Source of the DNA: an uncultured Candidatus Entotheonella sp.
GTDB lineage: Bacteria > Tectomicrobia > Entotheonellia > Entotheonellales > Entotheonellaceae
Assembly (NCBI GenBank): GCA_965217185.1
Contig: OZ244252.1
Span: forward strand, 1,056,001-1,120,000
DNA length: 64,000 nt
Direction of reading: 5' to 3'
Both the position numbers and the translations under genes were made by a program. Below are positions 38,562-48,748 of this stretch, piece by piece (within the stretch, counting starts at the first letter, position 1; each line of letters begins with the position of its first letter). The notes under the pieces were generated by a model. The model searched no databases and had not been told where the DNA came from. It worked only from the letters and a program-made list of their open reading frames with translations.

Positions 38562-41500
38562 TTTCCTCCTCCGGGTAGCGTGTCTCCGCGTATTGCATGG
38601 AGGCCATGGTCAGGTCTCCTTGATCCTGCTCGGTCCATGCGTCCTGGTGGTCTGGAATACCCATCTCGGATTGTGCCGATTTCTGTAAAATCATTTTTAT
38701 ATCCTGCCAATGAGTTCCTACGAAGCGAAGACTCGCCGGATCATCTAGTTTCAGCGGCACCTCGAACCTGTCCGAGGACTTCAAGTCGTCACACAGCTTC
38801 TTCATGGCGTCCTCGTCACTCTTTACAAATTCTTTGTATCTGGCTGCACACACTGGGCATAGGGCGAGAAATTGGGCTTCATGTTCTTTGGGAAGATACT
38901 CTCTTGAAAGAACCTCCACCGCTTCAAAGTAGTATTCGCCATCGCGCTTCCTGAACGGCATTTCCTTTTCGCAAATCTGACAGATCATCTGTTCAGCTTC
39001 ATTCGTGTACTGGTTTTGCAGATAGGTATAGTGGTCACCTTCGCTCCCTGTGGTCCGAATGCTTCTTTCTAACGTTTCGTATTTTTTCTCAGGAGCAGCG
39101 TCGTATTGTCCGGCAAGTCGCTCCCTTCGGCGTTCGGGATTCGATGCCGGACTCGTCGGGAAACGGGCTTTTTGTCTGTTGCTGTCCTTCCATTTCCTGA
39201 AACCTGCTGGATCTTGACGCTTCAGTTCCAGCACCTCTTTCGCTTCCTGGGCTTCTTCGAGAGAAGAAAATCCTGTTGTCTTGGCAGCATCTTCCTGGTG
39301 TTGATAATCCTCTGTTTTCTGTTGCTGGTTCCTGCCGAACTCGATAGCCTCCAACCATTTCGCTCCGCTGTCGAACTGGAAGCCCCTTGGCAGCAACTCG
39401 ACAGCGGCGTCGGAGGGTTTAACAAAGAGAAGCTTCTCTTCAGTATCTTGTTTTTGAGGAACCCAATTATGAGTCTTTAGTTTCCAGACAAGGGTGGAGC
39501 TAGCTGATTTAATCTCTTGTGATGCGTTGGAACGATAGCGAGCATACAAACATTTTTCAGGCGATTTGTTCATCGTGCCCCAGACAAGTTTAGATTTGCT
39601 CAAATTTGATTTGGCCAATAACACGTCCAACTTCGGAATGTCGTAGTCTTCATCTATCCTATTGAAGCTCTTATTCCCGTTATCACGTAACTTATCTCGT
39701 TCCCGGTGGTCCCAAGGAATCGGTTGCTGCTCAGGCTCCAGTTTCGTTTGCACCCCAACTTTTTTTGCAAACGCAATAAGCCTTTCCACCTCTATGCCGG
39801 ACTCTCTATACTTCAGAGAGAGAGTCACTTTCCGGCCTGCATCGTCACCAAGTGCCTCATGGTAGGCACTCAGTCCGGTCTCAAGATAAGGGGAATCCAG
39901 AAAGACTCTTCTCGGCTTCCCCCATTTCTCGTTTGCCAAGTGGAAGATGTAGTATTCGCTGAACAAACCTGCCTGCGCCGGCTCCTTTTCCACAAGCGCA
40001 ACGAATCTCTTCATATCTTGCTCGCGAGGTTTAATGGAACCTTTCGAGTATCGCCGCTTCAGAATCGTTTCAACCCGTTCGACTTCACCAACCTCGCGAA
40101 CCCCAATGTCTTCAAGAAGCCTACGGGCTTTTCCCTGTTCCTGCACATTTTTCCCAGACGAACAGACGCCTTTGGCGACGCGAGGAAAGTTTTCATCGCG
40201 TTCCACACCATCGCTTGGGAAGTAGCTCTCACTTCCGGCTCTGTAGATACCATCGCCACAGCGGATAATGCGAAGTTTCGATAGCTTGTTTTTGGTCCGC
40301 GTTGCGACCGGCTGAGACAGGGCATCTAGGAAGGCCAGCAACAAGGCATAGAGTTTCTGATGCCACTCGTCAGATTTTTCCGCTAACCATTTTGTTATCG
40401 TCACAGACTCATCAGACAATCTGTCTACAAAGTCTTCGATCCTCCATTCACGAATACCCAACAAGCTTAGAAAATTGTCTTCCCTTTGGTTCTGTTGTGG
40501 AGGATTGGCAATCCAAAGAGGCTCAGAACGGTCTTTTCCAAGAATGATTGCTAGATCTTTGTCATTGATCAGGTCGGAAAATTGCCTTCCTCCTCTATAG
40601 GCATCATTTGCTGGTGCATATCCGCCAAGTTTCATTGGTGTTAGAGCTTCGTTCTGAAATACTTCGACTAGCCGTGTCTGGATGAGTCGGTAAGGGAAGG
40701 CGAGATTATCACGGTCATTAGGCAGCGTTGCCAGAAATCCCACCGTCAACAACCCTTTGTCGCGTACAGCGGTCATTGATTCCGCGATTAAATCCGCCAA
40801 ATTGTCCCATAATTCGTCGTTTGCCGGGCAGTCGCGGACACTGTCGCGTGCAACGGTTGAAGCAAAAGGGGCGTGCAGATGGAACCTCAGATTGGACGTT
40901 TCCTTTTCGGCGGGGAAATAAATGCAGACCTTTCCCGGCTCCAATGACTTTATTTTCCACTGAGCCGGTGGGGTTCGCCTTCGTCTATTGGCCGGCTGTT
41001 TCCCCTCTTGTTCCTGGTTTTCCTCTAAGCCAAATGCAACGGCAATTCGACAAGGTTGGAGGTTGTCGTTCTCATTCTTCACCTCAACTGTCTTCTCAAA
41101 GCGGAGAAAAACCGTCGAAGCAGGCTCTGATTCTTCCGGATGCTGGACAAGGATCTCAATTCGGTTTCCATCTGCTTCTTTTCGTTCCAGAAAACCCAAA
41201 GTGGAATCAGGTAGCAGATATTCGATCTTCCTGATGCTGCTGAGAAAGAGGAGCGTGCTTTCGTCTAATCGCCGGAGATTACTTTCTATCTCGCCTTGGG
41301 CTTCTTCAGGTGGCTTCGCAGGATTATCGAAAGGAAAAGAGAATCGAGTTTCTTTTTCGCCGAGGGTGCGCGATGTCAACCCATTCGTATCGGGCACAAC
41401 CAAATCGCGGATGCGGAAATGATACTTGCCCGACGTGATTTCAGGCGTCGAGGTATAGGCAAATACCGCCTTGAAGCCAATCCCAAACTTGCCGATATTG

Positions 41501-41787
41501 GTTGGATCATCTCTCTTGGGGCTGTCACCGATATTTGTTATGGAATCGACATCTTCTATGGAGAATAGGCGATTCCCATTGTGTTCAAATTCGACGCCGT
41601 CCTCTTTGAGCATAAAATGAACCTCTGTCGCCTGGGCGTCCTCGGCATTTTGGAGAAGTTCATAAATGAAATGTGCATTATCCGGGTAGAGTTCCGTCAA
41701 CAAACGCCTGATGCCATCGTCAAAGCCGTTTTCGCGGTTTGCCTCTACCCACTTCAAACGCTTCTGCCCCAATTCTTCCAGGGTCAT
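38554..41787 (-). CDS. Sacsin-like GHKL ATPase with C-terminal Zn/HNH-like nuclease domain
   Basis: ELLQNAEDA, HNG, IGKFGIGFKAVF; C-terminal CQIC...LALCPVC. Confidence 0.85.
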   Translation of the reverse strand: MTLEELGQKRLKWVEANRENGFDDGIRRLLTELYPDNAHFIYELLQNAEDAQATEVHFMLKEDGVEFEHNGNRLFSIEDVDSITNIGDSPKRDDPTNIGKFGIGFKAVFAYTSTPEITSGKYHFRIRDLVVPDTNGLTSRTLGEKETRFSFPFDNPAKPPEEAQGEIESNLRRLDESTLLFLSSIRKIEYLLPDSTLGFLERKEADGNRIEILVQHPEESEPASTVFLRFEKTVEVKNENDNLQPCRIAVAFGLEENQEQEGKQPANRRRRTPPAQWKIKSLEPGKVCIYFPAEKETSNLRFHLHAPFASTVARDSVRDCPANDELWDNLADLIAESMTAVRDKGLLTVGFLATLPNDRDNLAFPYRLIQTRLVEVFQNEALTPMKLGGYAPANDAYRGGRQFSDLINDKDLAIILGKDRSEPLWIANPPQQNQREDNFLSLLGIREWRIEDFVDRLSDESVTITKWLAEKSDEWHQKLYALLLAFLDALSQPVATRTKNKLSKLRIIRCGDGIYRAGSESYFPSDGVERDENFPRVAKGVCSSGKNVQEQGKARRLLEDIGVREVGEVERVETILKRRYSKGSIKPREQDMKRFVALVEKEPAQAGLFSEYYIFHLANEKWGKPRRVFLDSPYLETGLSAYHEALGDDAGRKVTLSLKYRESGIEVERLIAFAKKVGVQTKLEPEQQPIPWDHRERDKLRDNGNKSFNRIDEDYDIPKLDVLLAKSNLSKSKLVWGTMNKSPEKCLYARYRSNASQEIKSASSTLVWKLKTHNWVPQKQDTEEKLLFVKPSDAAVELLPRGFQFDSGAKWLEAIEFGRNQQQKTEDYQHQEDAAKTTGFSSLEEAQEAKEVLELKRQDPAGFRKWKDSNRQKARFPTSPASNPERRRERLAGQYDAAPEKKYETLERSIRTTGSEGDHYTYLQNQYTNEAEQMICQICEKEMPFRKRDGEYYFEAVEVLSREYLPKEHEAQFLALCPVCAARYKEFVKSDEDAMKKLCDDLKSSDRFEVPLKLDDPASLRFVGTHWQDIKMILQKSAQSEMGIPDHQDAWTEQDQGDLTMASMQYAETRYPEEEIV

Positions 41788-41851
41788 TGTCCTCCCTCCA
41801 TAACCAAGACACCATACGCCACCGGTTCGGCGACAGTATCTGCTCTCTCCA
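41784..41851 (-). repeat. Displaced duplicate of the helicase gene 3' end (42781-42839)
   Basis: ERADTVAEPVAYGVLVMEGGQ* versus ERADIIAEPVAYGVLVVEGN*; its TGA overlaps the sacsin-gene ATG. Confidence 0.88.
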
Positions 41852-41888
41852 GTTCCTACGACCAGTCTCGCAACAGAAATTAGGAGCG

Positions 41889-42770
41889 TCAGAAATTTGT
41901 CCGAATAATCATCTGAATAAGGCTAAAGGTCCGATGGAATAGATAATCGACATGCTCGTTTTTTATGAGGCGTTCCTGGTTCTTCTCGGAATGGCGTATC
42001 TGAAAATTGTTGCCGATCTTCGTTAGTTCTCTGGCCTCCACCTCCAGTGATTCTCGGAATTTGGAAGAGGACGTCCCAGCCGTCTGGTCAAGAAGAGATT
42101 TGATCTGTGCCTTCTTATCCAATCCGTTGCCCAGTGTCTTCAACCGCTCCCATGCGTCCCACAGAGCTTCCAAAGCTTCGCTCCGTATCGCTGCATCGGG
42201 ACTGAGAAATTTATACCGCGCTTTTTCCAACATGCCATTAAGCTCGTCATCGGCTGTGTGAAACTGAGTCGGAACAAGTTCTTCGCGCAGTACCGGTGGG
42301 GCAAGCCGTTCAATTTGGCCGTGTTCCGTGAGTTCATAAGCAAGGCCGTTGCGACGAAATATACGATTGACGTTGCTTTGGAATTTGTCTTGGCCAGCCT
42401 TCCTGTCGAAATCGAGGTGGTGATGCCTAAAGAATTCGTGATAGCTCTTGCGGATAGGCTCGCCAATACACCGCCAGCAGAACTCAATCATATCGAGTAT
42501 ATCCAGAGTCTGAGGAGTGTCCTCGGATATGCCGTAACGCGGGTTTACCTGTAGATTTGGAATATCAGCTCGCATGGCCTTCCAGACAGCGTCGTCATTG
42601 CTGCCAACAGGGCCGGCACCGTCCTCACAGGCGGTTGGATAACTCGCACCAAAAGACCCGTCCTCGATCAAAGAATGAACAAGTGCTTGGAAGCCACCCC
42701 ATGCGCCTTCGTCGATTTTCTCGTTTTCTCGGGGACTTTCCCCTTCCTCTCTCTCGCTGAAATAAATCAT
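41889..42770 (-). CDS. AbiJ N-terminal-like domain plus HEPN-like C-terminus
   Basis: YFSERE...LDILDMIEF...LWDAWERLKT...IGNNFQIRHSE; ATG 42770. Confidence 0.7.
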   Translation of the reverse strand: MIYFSEREEGESPRENEKIDEGAWGGFQALVHSLIEDGSFGASYPTACEDGAGPVGSNDDAVWKAMRADIPNLQVNPRYGISEDTPQTLDILDMIEFCWRCIGEPIRKSYHEFFRHHHLDFDRKAGQDKFQSNVNRIFRRNGLAYELTEHGQIERLAPPVLREELVPTQFHTADDELNGMLEKARYKFLSPDAAIRSEALEALWDAWERLKTLGNGLDKKAQIKSLLDQTAGTSSSKFRESLEVEARELTKIGNNFQIRHSEKNQERLIKNEHVDYLFHRTFSLIQMIIRTNF

Positions 42771-42774
42771 GAAT

Positions 42775-45700
42775 TCAGTTTCCCTCCACGACCAAAACCC
42801 CATACGCCACCGGTTCAGCAATAATATCCGCTCTCTCCATCGCCCTGTCCAACTCCTGAATACGCCGCTCGTAATCCGCTTGCGCAGTATCAATTTGTGA
42901 CCGTCGCATTCGTTGGAGCTTCTCGTCGGCAGCTTGTTCGAGTTGTTCCTGAAGCAGTGCCAGCCGCACTTGGTGGCTCGTGGATAGGCTCTCTCCTCGA
43001 TACGCGGCGAGTTCCCGGGTTCGCTGTTGATGCTGTGTACGCGCCTCGGACCACAAGGCATGATGTTGTGCATCCAGTTCGTCCCACACGGCAGATGTAC
43101 TGCCTGCTCGGTCGTCTGTCGCGGCGTCTACCGCTTTCTCAAGCAGGCGATCAAGGTGTAGTGAAATAGCGGGCGATGAGGCAATCGGCTGGGCGTAGGT
43201 CTCAAATTGACCAGTTAGGCGGCCCGTCCGTGCGCCAATTTTGTAGATAAACCAACAATACCCCAGAGGAGTGCTGCCCATCACCCACCGTCCTACGTGA
43301 CACTTTGTCACCTCGCGCATCAATCATGTCCCCAAGCCGTACCAAACCCCCTCAGAATCGCTCAATTTCGGACTTACACCCAATCGGCTTGAGCATCAAG
43401 TCATCCCGAATACCGTAAAACCGCCACTGGTAAGCGGCAAAATCGTAGCGGCCTGCAGGCACTTTGCCGGTCCGCGCTTTCAATGTGGTGGTCACTCGGC
43501 GTTGCGTATCGAACGACATGGCGGCCTGCTTGACCAGCGGGTGAAGCGGCATAATGAAGGCGGCTTTCGGATTCTGGCTTGCACAATCCGGCTCGAAGGT
43601 GACGGACAGATGCGGTTCGCTTCCCTTCAGCCAAGTTTCCCACTCTCGATAGACAGGGGTGTTCTGCCTTGGGAGTTGCTGAAAGTCTCGTAACAGGATA
43701 TTTCGCGCGTCTTGTGAAAGACGCAGCGTTTTCAGCGGTCTCTCGCCGAGGATAAATGCCTGCTCCTTCCCGCAGGTGGTTTGCAGATAGAGCGTGACCA
43801 GCCTGTAGAGTGACGGCGGAGACAGCCAGTAGCTGGAGGCTTCTTCGATCTCCTGCTTCATCTGATCTTTGGGCAGACGAAGGCCAAAAAGCTCCAATTG
43901 CCGCTGTTCCAACTTTTCCTGTTCTTGTATCAGGCGAATCTCATTGTCCGCCAGCTGTTGCAACTTGGCCCGGCGGTCTTCTTCGTTGAGAGAATAATTT
44001 TCTGCGATGTTTCTGATCTCTCTGGAGATGTCCCCAAGTATTTCTTCGCTGCTGCCCAAGGCGTTCTCGAATACGCCGATACGAACAAGGCAGCGCTCAT
44101 AAATGTCCGCGTCAACGGTTCCCGGCGTAATCAGGTTGACAATGGCAACGCTTTCGCTCTGTTGGCCATTACGGTCGATACGACCGATCCGTTGCTCGAC
44201 ACGCATGGGGTTCCACGGCAAGTCGTAGTTCACAATGCAGTCGCAAAACTGGTAGTCCAATCCTTCGCAGCCAACCTCCGAGAACAGCAGCACGTCAAGA
44301 CAGTCGCCATCCTCCCGCGGTTTCTCGAAATGGACCCGAAGCGCAACACGCTCCTCGTCGGGCGTGCCGCCGTGAATCATGCCGACGCGGATACCGTCCG
44401 CCCTGAGATGTTCGTCCAAATAGGCAAGCGTGTGCCGAAAGCTGCTGAACAGCATGATCTTGTTGTTGGGCAGGTCTTGCTTGTCCCGAATGATTTTACG
44501 CAGGGCTTCCAATTTCGGGTCGAAGGGGTCGAGGGATCGCGCTTTCTCTATGATGGTTTCAATCTGCGTGCGGATTGAGTCGATGGCGTCGCCTGATGAG
44601 ACGAACTCCGCGCCGTCGGTTTCCGTCCATTCCAGTTCGTCAATGCGACGATTCAGGATACTGTCAAGAAACGGGGCCAGTCCCATCAGGCAACTGGCCG
44701 CCTGGCGTCGAATCGTGGTCATCATGAACTTGACGTTGGCGAGTGGACGCAGCCGGCTGAGAATCTCAATCTGGACTCGCATCAACTCGTCGTGAAGCCG
44801 CTGTTGTTCAGGCGTGAAGGCAACCGTGACGGTCTCCGGTTTCCGAATGGTGAAGGCCCCGATGTCGCGCCGGCGCGTACGATTTATGATTCCTGAGAAG
44901 GTGTGCAGGGCTTCAAGGTCGGTAATGAGTTGGATTCGTTCATCAGCAGCAACGCGGCCATCGGCAAGCTGGCCCCTGATTCGCCTGAATTCAGGATTGT
45001 GTCTGAGAATTGCTCGCCCCCAACCGGTTGCCGATGCTTGGTCGAGAGCGGCGGTCACGTGCCCCGTCCAACCCTGTTCTTGGGCCCGCGCGCAGTTCAC
45101 CGCCTGGTTGATAAATGGATTGGGCTCCGCCATGTGCTCGAAGCTTTCCTGATCCAGAACAAGGTCAGGACGGAGCGTGTTCAGCAGCACAAACAGATCA
45201 TGGTTGCCAAGTTGAATAGGCGTGGCAGTCAGAAAAATCGCGGCTTCGGCGGGGTCGCAGAAGAACCGAACCGCTTGGTGAGCGTAGGTGTTCGGATTTC
45301 GGATATGGTGCGCTTCGTCCACGATAACGAGATCAAAGCGCGGGGACGGGTCCAATGCCAGAAGCCCCTGCCCCCTCTTTTTCCTGTTCTTGCCATTGGA
45401 ACCCGGGCCGTAAAGGAGCGCCTCGTCAAACAACGAATAAGGGAGAATGGTTTTTCGATGTTGGGCGGGCCATTCTCCATCGAGGTGCATCTCATTGATA
45501 CAGTATCTCAGGGTTTTTCCATCCAGGTGGGTGAAGCGCTCGTCAAAGCGTTTCATCTCCAGTTCCCACTTGCGCTCGGTCACCAGGGGACGCGGACAAA
45601 TGATGAGAATGGACCTGATCTCCCGCCGCGCTTGCAACTCCCGCAGAATCAGGCCAGCTTCGATGGTTTTGCCGACCCCCACGCCGTCGGCTATCAACAG

Positions 45701-46033
45701 GCGCGGACGGTCCGACCGGATGAATCTCAACACTGGGCGGAACTGGTAGGGGATGAAATCAACGCGAGCCGCGTTGAGTGAATACAGCGTCGACAAACTG
45801 GGATGCCGTATTTGCAGGGCGGTCAGGTAGGTCTGAAATTGGGCGGCGGAATAAGGGGAGACGCTATCGCTTTGGTCAACGGCCTGTAATTGGGAGGCGT
45901 AATACCTCTGGACGTTGCCATCGACAAAAACCATGATACGGTCTTCCGATGGTCCTGCCTGAACTTTGACGACAACTCCCCTGATGGACGGGTTGGAGGC
46001 CAAGCACACTATCTGACCCGGGGGAAAGCCCAT
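42775..46033 (-). pseudogene. SNF2-family helicase interrupted by a MITE
   Basis: ADGVGVGKT, DEAH, TATP and YDLPWNPMRVEQRIGRIDR; removing 43191-43381 and one TSD restores ...LMLKPIASSPAISL... (1019 aa). Confidence 0.9.
43191..43381. mobile_element. 191-bp MITE (non-autonomous)
   Basis: IRs GGGCGTAGGTCTCAAATTGA / GGGTGTAAGTCCGAAATTGA (16/20); 8-bp TSD AATCGGCT (43183-43190, 43382-43389). Confidence 0.9.
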
Positions 46034-46117
46034 TGAAAACTCCTGAACATGGGCAACCGCTATAGGCAGGATTTGGATTCGTTGTCATAACTGTGGCGAG
46101 GCCTTTCTGTTTATGGC

Positions 46118-47731
46118 CTAAACAGGTGAGCGCCAAGCCGTACGGAAGCCGCCAGCATTGTAGGTGATGTTACCGGCGATGTTGGGTTGATAGGCCCTGA
46201 GGTGTTTGTGCCAGGCGGACAGATTGTGGGCGCTGATCGTTCTCACCTTCGGTGCCTCGGCGTGGATCAAATTTTCGGCCTCGGTATAAAGCTGGACGCG
46301 CTCCACCTTATCCTCCGTGCGCCGTGCTGCGGTGATGAGCTTGTCGTAATCGGCGTTCACCCAGCCTCCGTAGGTCTGTTTCGAGGCCGGGCTTTCGGAG
46401 CTCAGTTCCTTGAAGTAATACTCGTGCGGGTCCATGCGGTAGGCGCTGCCCAGCCCGAGGATGTCCCACTCGCGGCTCTTGCGGGCCGCGGTCAACTGCC
46501 CCCAGTCCAGGATCTTCAGGTTCACCATGAAGCCGATCTGGCGTAGATGCTGCTGGAAGACCTGCGCCCCCTCTTTGATGTAGTTGTAGCGATTGAACGT
46601 GATCATGGTGAGCTGCGTTCCCGGCCGTATACCCGCTTCCTTGAGAAGCCGCCGGGCTTCCTCCGGGTTGTACTCCCAAGACGACACTCCGGGCAGCCGC
46701 CAGGGCGATACTTCGGTGTAAAACTGGTCCATGATCTCGCCGTGCCCGAACAGCGTCTTGCGCATGATGTCCTGCTTGTCCACCGCCATGGCCACCGCGC
46801 GCCGCACCCGCACGTCGTCGAACGGCGGGCGTTGGGCGTTGAAGTAGTACCAGATGGTGCCAAGCGCCTTGATCTGGTAGGTGTCGAAGGTGTCCGTCCA
46901 CTCGCTGAAACGCGCCTGGTCGCGGTAGCTGGCGGCATCGATCATGTCGACCTCGCCGGTGCGCAGGGCGGTCAGCCGCACGGTGTCGTCGGCCAGGGGC
47001 TTGCCGATGATTTCGTCCAGGTATGGCAGTGCGTTGCCGTCAGTGTCCTTTTCCCAATAAGTATCGTGGCGGGCCATCACGGTGGTGTGCAACCGCTTCC
47101 AGGAGACGAACTTGAACGGGCCGGTGGCGATGGGGTGCTGCTTGATCGAGTCGAGGCTTTGCGGGTCGATGATCGGCACCCAGCGGTTGGTGAGCATGGC
47201 CGGCAGCGGGTAGTACTTATCCTTCAGCGTCGTCCGCAGGGTGAAGTCGTCGAGCAGTTCGATCTTGTCAATGATGCTTAATTCCCCGCGAATCACCGCG
47301 CCGGTTCTGGGGTTCAGGACGCGTTCCAGGTTGGCCTTGACGTCGGCGCCGGTCATCTGCCGGCCGTTGTGAAAGGTGACGTCCTTACGGATATGCCACG
47401 TCCAGGTCAGGCCGTCCTTCGACGTTTCCCAGGCGTGCGCCAGGGCGGGCACGACGTTGGTGTTGTAGTCCGCCTCCGTGAGGCCATTGTAGATCAGCGA
47501 CAGGGCGTTGGAGGTCGGGTACGGCGGGAAGAAATGATGCGGATCGAGCCGGCTGACATCGCCCCGCAGGCCGATCTTGATGGAGCCGCCGTAGCTCGGC
47601 TGTGTGGCCGCCTGCGCAGCCGTGGGCGGCAGGCCCAACGCCGCCAGGCCAACAACACTGCTGCCCGCCGCGGCCATGAATTCGCGGCGGCTGAGGCGCA
47701 ATGCCGCGTCCGTCGTTTCGATTGGTGTCAT
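46118..47731 (-). CDS. ABC transporter substrate-binding protein, family 5 (Tat signal)
   Basis: SRREFM Tat motif; LDPH, VPALAHAW, ATGPFKF, PFDDVRVRRAV. Confidence 0.95.
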   Translation of the reverse strand: MTPIETTDAALRLSRREFMAAAGSSVVGLAALGLPPTAAQAATQPSYGGSIKIGLRGDVSRLDPHHFFPPYPTSNALSLIYNGLTEADYNTNVVPALAHAWETSKDGLTWTWHIRKDVTFHNGRQMTGADVKANLERVLNPRTGAVIRGELSIIDKIELLDDFTLRTTLKDKYYPLPAMLTNRWVPIIDPQSLDSIKQHPIATGPFKFVSWKRLHTTVMARHDTYWEKDTDGNALPYLDEIIGKPLADDTVRLTALRTGEVDMIDAASYRDQARFSEWTDTFDTYQIKALGTIWYYFNAQRPPFDDVRVRRAVAMAVDKQDIMRKTLFGHGEIMDQFYTEVSPWRLPGVSSWEYNPEEARRLLKEAGIRPGTQLTMITFNRYNYIKEGAQVFQQHLRQIGFMVNLKILDWGQLTAARKSREWDILGLGSAYRMDPHEYYFKELSSESPASKQTYGGWVNADYDKLITAARRTEDKVERVQLYTEAENLIHAEAPKVRTISAHNLSAWHKHLRAYQPNIAGNITYNAGGFRTAWRSPV

Positions 47732-47743
47732 GCCTTGCAACTC

Positions 47744-48721
47744 CTATTGCTCGACTTGGCGGGGATCGAGGATGTCCCGCAGACCGTCGCCGAACAGGTT
47801 GAATCCCAGAACGGTGAGCGACAGCGCCAGGCCCGGAAAGACGGTCAGCAGCGGGTAGGTTTCCATGAAATTCTTCGCCTCGTTCAGGTCGGCGCCCCAC
47901 GCCGGGGTGGGCGGCTGCGCACCGAGGCCCAGGAATGCCAGGCCGGCCTCGACGATGATCAGGAAGCCGACGGATACGCTGGCCTGCACGATAATGGGCG
48001 ACAGGCAATTGGGGAGAATTTGCCGAAAGGTGATGTTGAGGTTGGAATCGCCGATGATGTGCGACGCCTCGACGTATTCCTTCACCTTCTCGGACAACAC
48101 GCTGCCGCGTACCAGCCGCGCCAGCAGCGGCACCTGGGCGACCCCCAGCGCCATGATGAGCACCAGATCGCTGCCGCCGAAGATGGCCACGACCAGGAGG
48201 AAGAACAGAATGCCGGGGATCGCCAGCCAGGCATCGACGAGGCGCATGATGATGTTGTCCAGAGGCACTCGCATCTGGCGGCCGGCGAGGCGCACGGTGG
48301 TGGTGCCGTAATAACCGGACACGGCGCCAAGCGGCACGCCGAGCAGGATGCCCAGCACCACGGCGGAGACGCTGATGACCATGGCCCGCCGGGCGCCGTG
48401 CACCACCCGCGACCAGATGTCGCGGCCAAAGGGGTCGGTGCCGAACCAGTGCTCCCAACTGACGGGCGCCAGGGCGGCTTCGGTCATGTCGAAGGGGTCG
48501 TACCGGGCCAGGACGTCGGCGAAAATGGCGACCAGGACCATCACCAGAACGATGAAGGCGCCGCAGGAAGCCAGCTTGCTCTTCCACAATTCGCCGCCCA
48601 TGTCTTTCAGGCAGGTCCCGGCGCGGCGTAGCCGGGTGGCCAGGGTCGGCGCCTCAACCTTGATGTCGTCCTGATTCAACAGGCGACTGCTGACGTCGCG
48701 TGCGACGCTGTCCGTAGCCAT
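47744..48721 (-). CDS. Peptide/nickel ABC permease (DppC-like)
   Basis: HWFGTDPFGRD, EYVEAS, FNLFGDGLRDILDP. Confidence 0.95.
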   Translation of the reverse strand: MATDSVARDVSSRLLNQDDIKVEAPTLATRLRRAGTCLKDMGGELWKSKLASCGAFIVLVMVLVAIFADVLARYDPFDMTEAALAPVSWEHWFGTDPFGRDIWSRVVHGARRAMVISVSAVVLGILLGVPLGAVSGYYGTTTVRLAGRQMRVPLDNIIMRLVDAWLAIPGILFFLLVVAIFGGSDLVLIMALGVAQVPLLARLVRGSVLSEKVKEYVEASHIIGDSNLNITFRQILPNCLSPIIVQASVSVGFLIIVEAGLAFLGLGAQPPTPAWGADLNEAKNFMETYPLLTVFPGLALSLTVLGFNLFGDGLRDILDPRQVEQ

Positions 48722-48748
48722 AACCTGTCTCCCCTCCCCTTGCCCGGT

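Noticed and set aside
42775..43323. 182-aa ORF as an independent gene
   Set aside because: Its start lies inside the MITE; the rest is the helicase C-terminus
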